Shown here piece by piece: positions 1 through 12,410 of a stretch of 64,000 nucleotides of DNA. How positions within the stretch are numbered: the first letter of the stretch is position 1; each line of letters starts with the position of its first letter. The position numbers were made by a program, and so were the translations under genes. The notes below the pieces were generated by a model. That model was not told the DNA's origin and did no database searches. It saw nothing but the letters and a program-made list of their open reading frames with translations. The DNA is from Tubulanus polymorphus (taxonomy: Eukaryota > Animalia > Nemertea). The stretch is taken from assembly GCF_964204645.1 (NCBI RefSeq), contig NC_134026.1, forward strand, positions 891,950 through 955,949, written 5' to 3'.

Positions 1-625
1 AAATCATGATGTAAATAGTTCAAATTGAGTTGCATATGAGCTATCCACGTTCCCCTCTCGACCCGTTACTCTCTCGACCCGTTCCCGTCTCGACCCTACC
101 GTACGATAGCGCCACCACAGTCGATTATTTGAACCATAACACTTGCGCGTATCGGATTCGGTTTTCACAGAACGATCAGTGACACTTCCCAACAATTTTA
201 GAACTTGATTAGATTCTTTAAACTTTTCATTGAAAGGATCGAATGAGGAAATCACCTCCAATGTGAATAAAAGTAAAAATTCAGGATGCGAAAAACAATT
301 TCCCGTCGAAATTTCCTCCCAGAATCTGGGAACAATATATTCACTGTTTAAAAGCTTTACACTAATTTCAAATGAATTACACGAGTTGAATTATTTTGGT
401 TTCTTAGAAATAAAATCAACTTTATTTAAATCCTTCAAACCATTTTTCTAAAAACGACCCAGCCCGCGGCATTTTAATTGGGACATGTTTCATTGTGCCA
501 TTTATCAATTCAAATGTAATTCATCAAATTTATGAAAAAAAAATTATTGTATAAATTTTGCAAAAAAATAAAGATCTTGTTCAATTTTTTGACGCGTTGA
601 TTTCTAGATCACGTTGTTCCCCACA

Positions 626-3190
626 CCATGTTCCCGTCTCGACCCTTCAAATCTGGCTCTACTCTCTACACAGTCCCGTGGACCCTATGTTCCCGTCTCG
701 ACCCTTCACATCTGTCTCCACTCTCTACACAGTCCTGTGGACCCTATGTTCCCGTCTCGACCCTTCAAATCTGTTTCCACTCTCTACACAGTCCCGTAGA
801 CACCATGTTCCCGTCTCGACCCTTCAAAACTGTCTCTAGTCTCTACACAGTCCCGTAGACACCATGTTCCCGTCTCGACCCTTCTAACCTGTCTCTAGTC
901 TCTACACAGTCCTGTGGACACCATGTTCCCGTCTCGACACTTCAAAACTGTCTCTACTCTCTACACAGTCCCGTGGACACCATGTTCCCGTCTCGACCCT
1001 TCAAAACTGTCTCTACTCTCTACACAGTCCCGTGGACACCATGTTCCCGTCTCGACCCTTCTAACCTGTCTCTAGTCTCTACACAGTCCCGTAGACACCA
1101 TGTTCCCGTCTCGACCCTTCACACCTGTCTCTACTCTCTACACAGTCCCGTGGACACTATGTTCCCGTCTCGACCCTTCACACCTGTCTCTACTCTCTAC
1201 ACAGTCCCGTAGACACCATGTTCCCGTCTCGACCCTTCAAAACTGTCTCTAGTCTCTACACAGTCCCGTAGACACCATGTTCCCGTCTCGACCCTTCACA
1301 CCTGTCTCTACTCTCTACACAGTCCCGTGGACACCATGTTCCCGTCTCGACCCTTTAAAACTGTCTCTAGTCTCTACACAGTCCTGTGGACACTATGTTC
1401 CCGTCTCGACCCTTCACACCTGTCTCTACTCTCTACACAGTCCCGTAGACACCATGTTCCCGTCTCGACCCTTTAAAACTGTCTCTAGTCTCTACACAGT
1501 CCTGTGGACACCATGTTCCCGTCTCGACCCTTCTAACCTGTCTCTACTCTCTACACAGTCCCGTAGACACCATGTTCCCGTCTCGACCCTTCACACCTGT
1601 CTCTACTCTCTACACAGTCCCGTGGACACCATGTTCCCGTCTCGACCCTTTAAAACTGTCTCTAGTCTCTACACAGTCATGTGGACACCATGTTCCCGTC
1701 TCGACCCTTCAAATCTGTCTCTACTCTCTACACAGTCCTGTGGACACCATGTTCCCGTCTCGACCCTTCAAAACTGTCTCTAGTCTCTACACAGTCCCGT
1801 AGACACCATGTTCCCGTCTCGACCCTTCAAAACTGTCTCTAGTCTCTACACAGTCCCGTAGACACCATGTTCCCGTCTCGACCCTTCACACCTGTCTCTA
1901 CTCTCTACACAGTCCCGTGGACACCATGTTCCCGTCTCGACCCTTTAAAACTGTCTCTAGTCTCTACACAGTCCCGTGGACACTATGTTCCCGTCTCGAC
2001 CCTTCACACCTGTCTCTACTCTCTACACAGTCCCGTAGACACCATGTTCCCGTCTCGACCCTTTAAAACTGTCTCTAGTCTCTACACAGTCCTGTGGACA
2101 CCATGTTCCCGTCTCGACCCTTCAAATCTGTCTCTACTCTCTACACAGTCCTGTGGACACCATGTTCCCGTCTCGACCCTTCAAAACTGTCTCTAGTCTC
2201 TACACAGTCCCGTAGACACCATGTTCCCGTCTCGACCCTTCAAAACTGTCTCTAGTCTCTACACAGTCCCGTAGACACCATGTTCCCGTCTCGACCCTTC
2301 ACACCTGTCTCTACTCTCTACACAGTCCCGTGGACACCATGTTCCCGTCTCGACCCTTTAAAACTGTCTCTAGTCTCTACACAGTCCTGTGGACACCATG
2401 TTCCCGTCTCGACCCTTCACACCTGTCTCTACTCTCTACACAGTCCCGTGGACACCATGTTCCCGTCTCGACCCTTTAAAACTGTCTCTACTCTCTACAC
2501 AGTCCCGTGGACACCATGTTCCCGTCTCGACCCTTCACACCTGTCTCTACTCTCTACACAGTCCCGTAGACACCATGTTCCCGTCTCGACCCTTCACACC
2601 TGTCTCTACTCTCTACACAGTCCCGTAGACACCATGTTCCCGTCTCGACCCTTCAAAACTGTCTCTACTCTCTACACAGTCCCGTAGACACCATGTTCCC
2701 GTCTCGATCCTTCACACCTGTCTCTACTCTCTACACAGTCCCGTGGACACCATGTTCCCGTCTCGACCCTTTAAAACTGTCTCTAGTCTCTACACAGTCC
2801 TGTGGACACCATGTTCCCGTCTCGACCCTTCTAACCTGTCTCTAGTCTCTACACAGTCCTGTGGACACCATGTTCCCGTCTCGACCCTTCAAAACTGTCT
2901 CTGCACTCTACACAGTCCTGTGGACACCATGTTCCCGTCTCGACCCTTCAAAACTGTCTCTAGTCTCTACACAGTCCCGTAGACACCATGTTCCCGTCTC
3001 GACCCTTCGAAACTGTCTCTACTCTCTACACAGTCCCGTGGACACCATGTTCCCGTCTCGACCCTTCTTACCTGTCTCTACTCTCTACACAGTCCCGTAG
3101 ACACCATGTTCCCGTCTCGACCCTTCTAACCTGTCTCTAGTCTCTACACAGTCCCGCGGACACCATGTTCCCGTCTCGACCCTTCACATC
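626..3190 (+). repeat. 59-bp tandem satellite array, 44 unit cores
   Basis: Unit CCATGTTCCCGTCTCGACCCTTCAAAACTGTCTCTAGTCTCTACACAGTCCCGTAGACA. The first ATG is at 628 and the last at 3165, a difference of exactly 43 x 59. Confidence 0.98.
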
Positions 3191-3769
3191 CGTTTCTAGA
3201 CAGTTTCTGGGATACTCTGACATATCTAATCGGCTTGTAATATTTCCACTCAGTGGGACGAGCCTTTAAAAAAGATGGAAATTAATATTAAAATTGGTCG
3301 AATATTCATTGATTAAAAAGATGAGAAATCTACAAAATCGATGCCGACGGACTGAATATTGATACATGTATACATAAGGAAAATTTCTACAATTTTCAAT
3401 CAAACTCAGTGAAATTTTCAGGAATATGTACCATACACATTACCATGAAAACTCATTAGAACGAACTCAAAGAACCAGAAGATTACAACCGACATTGTCC
3501 TAATAGTCGAAATTCTAGATTTTTGATAATCGATAATTCGGTAGGTATATCAGAAGTATAACTAGGCTACAATGTTCCTTGGCTGAATCCCATGGTCTTC
3601 AATACGAAAGGCTTTCATTCTCATCTTAATTTTCTTTTTTTTTCTGCCTGTTGTAGCCCGACAAATCGTGAATGACAAATCATTACTTATATCGAAATAT
3701 CTTGATACAAGATACGTAACACACAGCCACCATCTTAATGGCTTCACTAAACCTGTGTCCACTAAAAAT

Positions 3770-4268
3770 GTCGAGACGGGAACATGGTGTCCACAGGACT
3801 GTGTAGAGAGTAGAGACAGGTGTGAAGGGTCGAGACGGGAGCATAGGGTCCACGGGACTGTGTAGAGACTAGAGACAGGTTAGAAGGGTCGAGACGGGAA
3901 CATGGTGTCCACAGGACTGTGTAGAGAGTAGAGACAGATTTGAAGGGTCGAGACGGGAACATGGTGTCCACAGGACTGTGTAGAGACTAGAGACAGGTTA
4001 GAAGGGTCGAGACGGGAACATGGTGTCCACAGGACTGTGTAGAGACTAGAGACAGTTTTAAAGGGTCGAGACGGGAACATGGTGTCCACGGGACTGTGTA
4101 GAGAGTAGAGACAGGTGTGAAGGATCGAGACGGGAACATGGTGTCTACGGGACTGTGTAGAGAGTAGAGACAGGTTTGAAGGGTCGAGACAGGAACATAG
4201 TGTCCACGGGACTGTGTAGAGACTAGAGACAGGTTTGAAGGGTCGAGACAGGAACATAGGGTCCATGG
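3770..4268 (-). repeat. Inverted copy of the 59-bp satellite array, 9 unit cores
   Basis: GAGACGGGAACATGG cores run from 3773 to 4245 (8 x 59) and are the reverse complement of the left array. Confidence 0.97.
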
Positions 4269-4649
4269 AGAAACCCACGGGATCTGTAGAGAAAGATAAC
4301 GCGTCATGAATTTAACAATCATCTTTATTTTTTTTGCAAAATTCAGACATTAATTTTCTTCATAAATTTGATGAATTCGAATTGATTAATGGCAATAAAC
4401 ATGCCCCAAACAAAATGCCCCGGGCCGGGTCGTTTTTTGAAAAAACGGTTTGAGAGATTTAAAGAAAGTTGATTTTATTTTTTAGAAACCAAAATAATTA
4501 CACTCGTGTAATTCATTCAAGATTATATTTGAAATTAGTTTAGCTTTACCAGTAAATATATATTATTTCTGGGAGGAAATCTCGACGGGAAATTGCTTAC
4601 TTCGCATCTTGAATTTTTACTTCTGTTGACATTGGAGGCGTTTTCTTGG

Positions 4650-4847
4650 TAAGTGCAGATCCACACCTCTCGTGATTGACGCAATCTGCTGAATGACAGA
4701 ATCCAGGCTAAAATCTTTCTAGTGAAGATATCTAAAAATTAACCAATGGCAAACCACTGAATTGCTGAATTTTGAATCTGAAATACGTGTTGATATTAAA
4801 TGTAATTGATTGAACCGTTTACGCGGGGAGGTGCGGATCTGCACTTA
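4650..4847. mobile_element. Small MITE nested in the right arm of the foldback element
   Basis: TIRs TAAGTGCAGATCCACACCTC / GAGGTGCGGATCTGCACTTA. The segment is absent from the corresponding left arm (~245-260). Confidence 0.75.
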
Positions 4848-5726
4848 AGCTTATACCGTTTCCATCATTCGATCTTTTCAATGAAAAGTTTTCAAAAATC
4901 TAATTTGATTTTTTAAAATTGTTGGTAGGTTCACATGCGAAAAACGAATCCGATACGCGCCGTAGTGTTTTAGTTCAAATAATCGACTGTGGTGGCGCTA
5001 TTGTACGGTAGGGTCGAGACGGGAACGGGTCGAGACAGTAACGGGTCGAGACGGGAACGTGGATGGCTCATATATATATGAATTTAATATTACCACTTAT
5101 TTTTTATTGGCGAATGTTGACAAATTATCCTCGCTTGCCACTGAGTCAATCGGAGCATTCCCTGGAGAGACTACTCGCTTGCCGGTAACAGAATAGGAGT
5201 ATCCCTTCCCTCCTTATCTCCGAAGTGTACGTGGAATCGCCATGAAGTATGTATTTGTAAAGTGATCCTACGGTACCCAGAACGCCTGAGCTAATTGAGC
5301 GTCAACAAAACTATCAACGGGCCCCAGTGTAAGTGCTGTCAGTCAGTCGTATTGGTTTTGCCGTTGATATAATCGCAGTAAAAGCTTGTCCTCGGCAGAC
5401 CAGTTGGTGGGATTATTTTTTGGGTTGAAAAAGAAGTAGATTGCAAGAATGAAACACAGGGCTTGGTTTCATAGTGGAAGAGAAGTAATACCTGGGTATA
5501 TTTTGAAATTTGTCATTTGTAACCATGGTTTCTCATTGTTACTATGGTGGTTTTCACCCAGATTGAGGATTAGGGATAACTTTGATACTCAGTCTGTGAA
5601 ACAGGGCTCTGGAGTTTCATAAAAAGGATTAACTCTTAAATCGATTTAATTTCTTCATTAATTCAGTTTATCTTAAAACGATTAGGCCTCGAGCAATCCG
5701 GGATTAGCTATATTAAACTTAACTAA

Positions 5727-5917
5727 GGCTAAAAAAAATTGATACCTTGTTTCTCCGCTCTGCCGAGCTGTAAAGTTGACCCGGCCGGCCGCCAATCTAC
5801 CATCAATTTTACCATAACAGACCCAGCCACTATAAATGAACTGTTTACAAATTTTATCATATTTTACAAAATTGACCCGGCCGCTGCGGAGAAACAAGGT
5901 ATCATTTTTGTTTAGTC
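5727..5917. mobile_element. PIF/Harbinger-type MITE, copy 1
   Basis: ~30-bp TIRs GGCTAAAAAAAATTGATACCTTGTTTCTCCGC / GCGGAGAAACAAGGTATCATTTTTGTTTAGTC with a TAA target duplication. A highly similar copy lies at 27314. Confidence 0.85.
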
Positions 5918-5939
5918 TAAACGAATGACAAATTATAAA

Positions 5940-8420
5940 ATCAATCATATTTATTCTCATACAACAATTATACAAAATGCCAGAAGTGCTCGAAGAATGT
6001 TTGCTCTTCAAACACGTGGACTTTCAAAAGCAACTAGCAATGTCATGGTTCAAAAGCAATGTCATGGTTCAATTGACATGAACATGTTTAATCCAACAAC
6101 AACAATTATACCCAAATTACAGGTATTTATGTACTTTACTTGAGGAAGTGCCTCATTTACAAAAACATTACCTGTATTTCGAAAAAAAGTCTCCAACATA
6201 AAAACCAGAGATAAAAACATTTATTCAAACTGGAAAGCTTATGATTAACTAAACAGATTTAATTGTCATCAACTTTATTTTACAAGATAACTAGAGTTTT
6301 GCCACCTTTGCTCAGAAATGATCAAATTTGTTATTTTTTTAACATGTTACATTTGATGTTACATTCAAAAAGATTGCTGATTTCACAATACTCTTCGGCA
6401 GCTAAACACTTGCTTCTAACCGGTCAACAAGTTGTGTCCGGTTTAAGCTGTATTGACATTGATATAATCGCATCATCATGTTTTCCGCACATCCTCGTCT
6501 CCGGACAATGTTGGTGGAAATATTGGGTTGAAAAAAGTGGATTGCAAAAAACCACTCACTGGTCAACTAACAAAGTTCAGAATAGCTATTAACTAAACAA
6601 ATAAAATAAAGAATTTCAAACAAACATATTTATTATCATACAATAATTATACAAAATGCCAGGTATGTGCTCGAGGAATTATAACGTAAGTTCCTCAAAC
6701 ACGTGGACTGTATTTCAAAAACAGTCCAACCATGGACGCATAAACTATAAACTAGAGTTTATACAACCATGGTCCAACCATAGACTCTAAACGGAAATGT
6801 CTATGGGCCACAACCATGGGCTCTAAACTGTTAGAGTCCATGGCTCCCCGCACTAAAACCAGAGGTAAACCTGGCCAATTACCCTGGAAAGCGTAAGATT
6901 TAATGTTGAATCAATCTGATTTACATTTTTACTCTTAAAAGTTGACCTGGCCAGCCACCTTATCTACCTCATAGGTATTACTTTAAAATCATGATCAAGC
7001 TAACCATAACAGATTCGGCAGTTATAGAGATCAACTGATTACAAATATCATTGTTATTTACAAAATGACAGCTGGCCGATCAGGAAAAACAAGGTATCAT
7101 TTTTAGCCTTATAATGAGCTATCCAAAAAATAAGATTACCGTACTAGCCTTTAACATCACAATTTCTACTGCAAGGTATTTCAAGGTTTTTTATTCACCA
7201 AAAACATTTCGACTACAACTGATTCAGAAAATTTGAATCAATAGGATAATAATAAAATAACACAAAGAATTGTACACTCTCATCCATAAAACACTGACAA
7301 TTGGGACCAGTCTGAATGTCTAAGACTATTAATTTGACAATTCATGAAGTCACCAGGCATAAGTGACATTTGGCTATTTCATGAAATATGAAGCATTTTA
7401 TCATATCAACTCTTCAAATGACAATGTAAGAGATATTTAGGATACTCTGTTTATGTATCATCAATCATCAAAGAACTACATAACATATCTCCAACATATA
7501 AACATTAAAACTCCATAAATCCACAAATTCGTTCTCTCAAATAATCAATCTCTAATTTCATTTTATTAAACATTATTCTTAAAAGAAAACCGAAATTTCG
7601 CAAACTTTGCTTTGTATTTGAGGAATTGTAAGTTACTCGTTAACAAATGAGTGAACTGTATTCGAAAAACAGTTCAACATAAAAGCATTAAAACTAATAA
7701 AATCTACAGATTCAATCTTGAAAGCTTTAGATTAACTAATCAATCTTTATTTTTTCATTTCCATTAACATTATTTTACAAGATAACTAGAGTTTAAGTAA
7801 GATAAGTAGAGTTTTGCCAACCTTGCCTGAGGTTTTCGAACATTATCAATGTTATTTTCTCAACATTATTACGTTTAATGCAAAGTATTTTGAAGGTTTT
7901 TTAATTAAGATATATTGAGTATCATCGTATAGATATTTCATCTATCCATATATCTAGGTAAATTACAAATAACTGATTGCTGAGATATCTACAATTAAGC
8001 TGAATTCGATAACTTTTCGAGATCGGGAATGCATCGAGTGCAGATTTGAATCGGGCCCCATATATTGTAAAACCGACAATAGCTATCAAAACATAGCTAG
8101 GACAATTTACTAATCAACACTGTTCATATTTCCTTATTTATAGAAAAAAATGCTCCTCTATATTCGATAAAACCTCAGTTTGATGGTTGCTATAAACCTA
8201 ACTAAACAGCCGAAAAATTTTAAGATGAATAATGAACACGTATGTGTCGTTTTATTCTCATGACAAAAATTACACCTTGCTAAATGACAGGTATTTACGT
8301 ACTCGAGGAATTATCATCTAAGTACCTTGTTAACGAATGGACTGTATTTTAATAACAGTTCAACATAAGAGCATTTAAACAAGAGACAAAACCTACAAAG
8401 TCCCACTAGTCTTAACTTAA
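5940..8420. repeat. Degenerate dispersed duplicated blocks
   Basis: Recurrent motifs: ACAATTATACAAAATGCCAG (~5965, ~6642); GAGGAA...CTGTATTTC..AAAACAGTTCAACATAA (~6140, 6670, 7620, 8305); TTATTTTACAAGATAACTAGAGTTT (~6275, ~7771). Confidence 0.6.
6933..7108. mobile_element. Diverged, left-truncated copy of the same Harbinger-type MITE
   Basis: AAAGTTGACCTGGCCAGCC...ACCATAACAGA...AAACAAGGTATCATTTTTAGCC matches the body and right TIR of copies 1 and 2. Confidence 0.7.
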
Positions 8421-10190
8421 GATTTTCAAACATTATCAGTTCACTCATTCAATACTACGTTATTTCAGGGAAAACATGACAATAATTTTACTATCGATAA
8501 CTAATCATGTTTATAGCTGTTTAACATTCTTACTAAAAAAGAGTAAAATGTATCTCCCAGATATGATCCCTAAAACAATCAACAATAACAGCAGTGATAG
8601 GGTGTGCTATAGGTAAAAGGGCGGGCGATCTTTCATCAGTTATTTGAAGCATTCTATCGAATCAGTTATTTTTTAATGTGTTTGATTTAGTTAAGGTTTA
8701 TGGTTATTTGTTTTGTTTATTACTAACTGTCCGATAGAACACTTAAAACAACAACAGAAATGATCTCAAGAGGTTGGGAAACACGGAGAAGGTTGTTCTA
8801 TGAAAGAAGAACCTTTAATGATTAGATTAAGTTATTTAAAAAAAATTCCTGATGATGATTATAATTATAGAAGTTAACTATTGTTTTTTCGTTTTTGTTT
8901 ATTTTTTTATTGGTTATGATTTGTTTTTTTTTAAATATTTATTTTGTTATGTATTTTTCATTCATTGTTTTTTTTATTTACTTCTTTAATTATGTTCGAT
9001 GTATTTTGTACTATTTTTTACTATTTACATCATCAGGAATTTCTTACCGGTGGAAATATGGGCTCACTTTAAGAAAAGTGCTACAAATTCACTGCTGCAC
9101 CTAAATAATCGTTTATCATTAAACACCCCGATTAGGAGTTAAGCGATCATTGAAAGCCACTCAACCTTATGATATGGATGACGATGAAAGAAGTTAAAAC
9201 AGCTATAAACGGAATTAAAACGATCAAAATTATTGCTGGCCATTATTATTTATTCCTTTATATCACATTATTCCTAGCTATACCTCTCTTATACCTCTGT
9301 GGATACAATGTACTAAGATACAAGTTTTCATATACCTAGCTATGATCATCTACATGGGAGCTCAATGTGAAAATCGAGATATTCTACTCATTAGTCAAAT
9401 CGCTTTCATGGGAATTCGAAAAAATCAAAAAATACATCAACGCTTTGGTATATAAACTTATTTTTTGTACACAGAACACTGCCTAACATTTTAGTCTATG
9501 TTTTTCTTAACTACGTGATGATATTCAAGGGCGTAGCCAGTCTATACTGAAGGCCCACTTTTTGGCCATGGAATCATTTTCAAAACATCTTTATTCAAAG
9601 CCCATAAACTTGCTGGGCGAGTTTAGGAGTCCAAACTAAACAGGTATCAACTTCCTTTATTACGTTTAAAAGTTGCAACCGTTTAACTGACTACCCCTTT
9701 CCCTTTTGAACATTTAGGCTATGCAAATTATTTTCACTCTCAGGAAATATAAAATGAATCACGGTTTCTAAGAGACCAAACTATGTCATTATCACAAATC
9801 ATGCTAAGCTATGTTTAATGATGAAGATTATCTGAACTATCCTGTTGATATTATATCTCAGTTTAGGTACATTTCAACGGACCTACGTCAAACCGTGATG
9901 CTGAACGCGATCAATACCATCAATTAATGGAGCTTAGATTTTATGAAAGAATTAGGATGCCATTTTATTGAAATATTCAAATATGAATAGTTCCTTCTCA
10001 GGCCCAGAGCCCTAATTATCTAACTTATAATTTTCAATTATCAACATTAAAACTATTTCTTTATTTCCACCTCTTCAAATAGACAGTGAATTTTAAGACG
10101 CATTTAAATTAAACCCATGTTACACATCAGACTGGTTTGTGAAAAGATAATACACAAAATAAATCAATACTTTACATAGTCTACTGATGT

Positions 10191-10330
10191 TGCTGCTCCT
10201 GAACAAGTGTTTATAAGATACGCATTGTCTGTGCTGCTCCTGAATAACTGTTCACAATATATAAACATTGTCTCTGCTGCTCCTGATTAATTGTTTATAT
10301 ATAACACACGCATTGTCTCTGCTCCACCTG
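10191..10330. repeat. Minisatellite of ~41-45 bp, about 3.3 copies
   Basis: TGCTGCTCCTGA...CATTGTCT repeated. Confidence 0.75.
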
Positions 10331-11389
10331 TAGAAGAAATCTGTCATTGGGCGATAAACCGCTGCTGGCTGAATTTCTCATCTGGACTTCTGGGCCTATG
10401 CAGTTGAAATCTTGTTGAAAAAGTTGGACTCTTCTGTGGTAGTTGATGATTTCAATTCAAGTTGGAATATTCTGTTGGCTATTCGAACCAGTACATTTTT
10501 GACTAGATAATCTTAGGCTGAGCATTTTCTTATAGATGTAATTTAGCTGAAATGAATAAAAGAAGATATCCTGTAATTATACAATATCTTACAATATACA
10601 CAATTCTTCATAGAGCATTAATCATTATAAATTCCATGTAAATCAATTTACCTTTCAAGATAACGGGTTAGTGTCGGCTAGGAGTTCTAAGTTGGATGAG
10701 TTCTTCGTTGGTTCTAAGTTCAAGTTGTATACTTCTGTCGACTGTTCTAATCAGTAGATTCTAGATGGTTAGTTGATCTTAGTATGGGCTTTTTCTTATA
10801 GATGTGATTTGTGATAACTGTGTTTAGTGTCGGCTAGGATTGTCTAAGTCGGTTCATGAGTTAAATTCGTTGCGCTCTTCTGTGGTAGTTGATGAGTTCA
10901 ATTCGAGTTAGAATCTTATGTTGGCTTTTCTAATCAGTAGATTTTTGAGTAGTTAATCTTAGGATGGCCTTTTTCTATAGATGAGATTTAACTGAAATGA
11001 TTAAAAGAAAATATCCTGTATTCACATAATTCTTTATATAGCATTGATTATAATTTCCATGTAAATCAACTTACCTTTAACGATTGCTGGCTTGAGTAAT
11101 GGCTTGGATCCTCGGTGCGTTCGGATATTAGTTTCGAACCCCAACTGCCTAATTATTTGTTGTAGTAGTAGCATTAGTTCATCACTGTTTAAGACTAATG
11201 ATGGCTGGATATATATCAGATCAGCAATTTTGGTAATTAAATGCCTCTTCTGTGCGCTGTTCTCTAATCGGCAGATTTAAAACGAGTTGTTAACCTCAAG
11301 CGCGGCAGTTTCATATAAATATTATTTAGCTGAAACGATGAACAAAGATATCCTGTAAATACAAATATTTCATTCAGAATTAATCGTAA

Positions 11390-11949
11390 CTAGTGGTAAG
11401 CCCGTGGAAACCACAGGTGATTTTTGAACGAAGAACTTCCAACTTATTATTTCGTTGCATGTTAATTGAGTATTTGGGCATTTTAAAGTGGCCTAATTTA
11501 TGTGGTGAGATCAGCTGTGCCCATATAGAGACCATACGGGATCTCAGGACTCACTTGACCTTCTTCCCATGAAGGCCCAAGGTTACAGAACTATAGATAG
11601 AAACAAATATGTAAAGTACCGATATGATCATTTCATAATGTATGAATTTCATGACCCGGCAGCCGGGTCACAAAGGCAGCAGTGACCTGGCTGAGCAGTA
11701 GCTTGTACTGTATCAACAGTGACAACAGTAGCTGTCTCTAGTCAGTGACCCATGCACCCTCTGTGAACAGTAGGAGTAACTACAAAAATTTGGTAAGTGG
11801 CCCACCGCATAAATTCCAAAATAATTTTGAATGGAAACCATGCCCAAGTGATAAAAGACGTTGAGATCTACCGCTGGGCAAATTTTCAGGGCAATACATC
11901 CAGTAACGACGGAGCACTCGGTACAACAATTCGGTATTATTATATAAGA
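11390..11949 (-). mobile_element. Non-autonomous Helitron
   Basis: The minus strand starts A|TCTTATATAATAATA and ends CCTGTGG-TTT-CCACGGG (hairpin) CTTACCACTAG|T. It is inserted between A and T with no TSD. Removing it restores an intron matching the neighbouring repeat units. Confidence 0.85.
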
Positions 11950-12265
11950 TAATTTCATGTATATCAACTTACCTTTTATTATTGCTTTGTTCGCTATCAG
12001 CGAGGATCTCCTAAGTTGGTTAGTTGGTGTTGAGATCAACTCAAATTGGCCCCTTCAGTGTGCTGTTCTCTAATCGGCAGATTTTAAACGAGTTGTTGAT
12101 CTCATGAGCGGCAGTTTCACATAGATAGGATTTAGCTGAAAATGAGTAAACAAAGATATCCTGTAAATACAGATATTTCATTCAGAATTCAGGCCCCTTC
12201 TGTGCGCTGTTCTCTAATCGACAGATTTTAGATGAGTTCTTGACATCAAGTGCTCGTTTGACTTT

Positions 12266-12410
12266 GTATGAATTTCCTGACCCGGCAGCCGGGTCACATC
12301 GTACTGTATCAACTGTGACAACAGTGGCTATCTCAAGTCAGTGGCTATGCCAGCAGACCCATGCGCCCTCTGTTTACAGTAGGAGAGACTACAAAAATTT
12401 GGCAAATGGC
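12266..12410 (-). mobile_element. Internal fragment of the same Helitron family
   Basis: GTATGAATTTC.TGACCCGGCAGCCGGGTCACA...CTACAAAAATTTGG matches 11640-11800. Confidence 0.75.

Larger units (their letters stand above)
38..5069. mobile_element. Non-autonomous foldback DNA transposon with long inverted arms (Sola-like candidate)
   Basis: The left end GAGCTATCCACGTTCCC... (38) is the reverse complement of the right end ...GGGAACGTGGATGGCTC (5069). Arm similarity continues for ~590 bp (38-620 vs 4270-5069) and then through inverted satellite arrays. ATAT flanks both ends (34-37, 5070-5073). No transposase ORF is present. Confidence 0.88.

Noticed and set aside
104-125. CTCF-like GGTGGCGCTA in the foldback termini
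   Set aside because: Only the 3' half of the consensus matches; the 5' CCASYA part is absent.
626-4268. CRISPR-like array or repeat-protein ORFs (MFPSRPF... frames)
   Set aside because: There are no unique spacers (whole 59-bp units repeat), no cas genes, and the context is eukaryotic. The ORFs arise from a unit length not divisible by three and appear in all frames.
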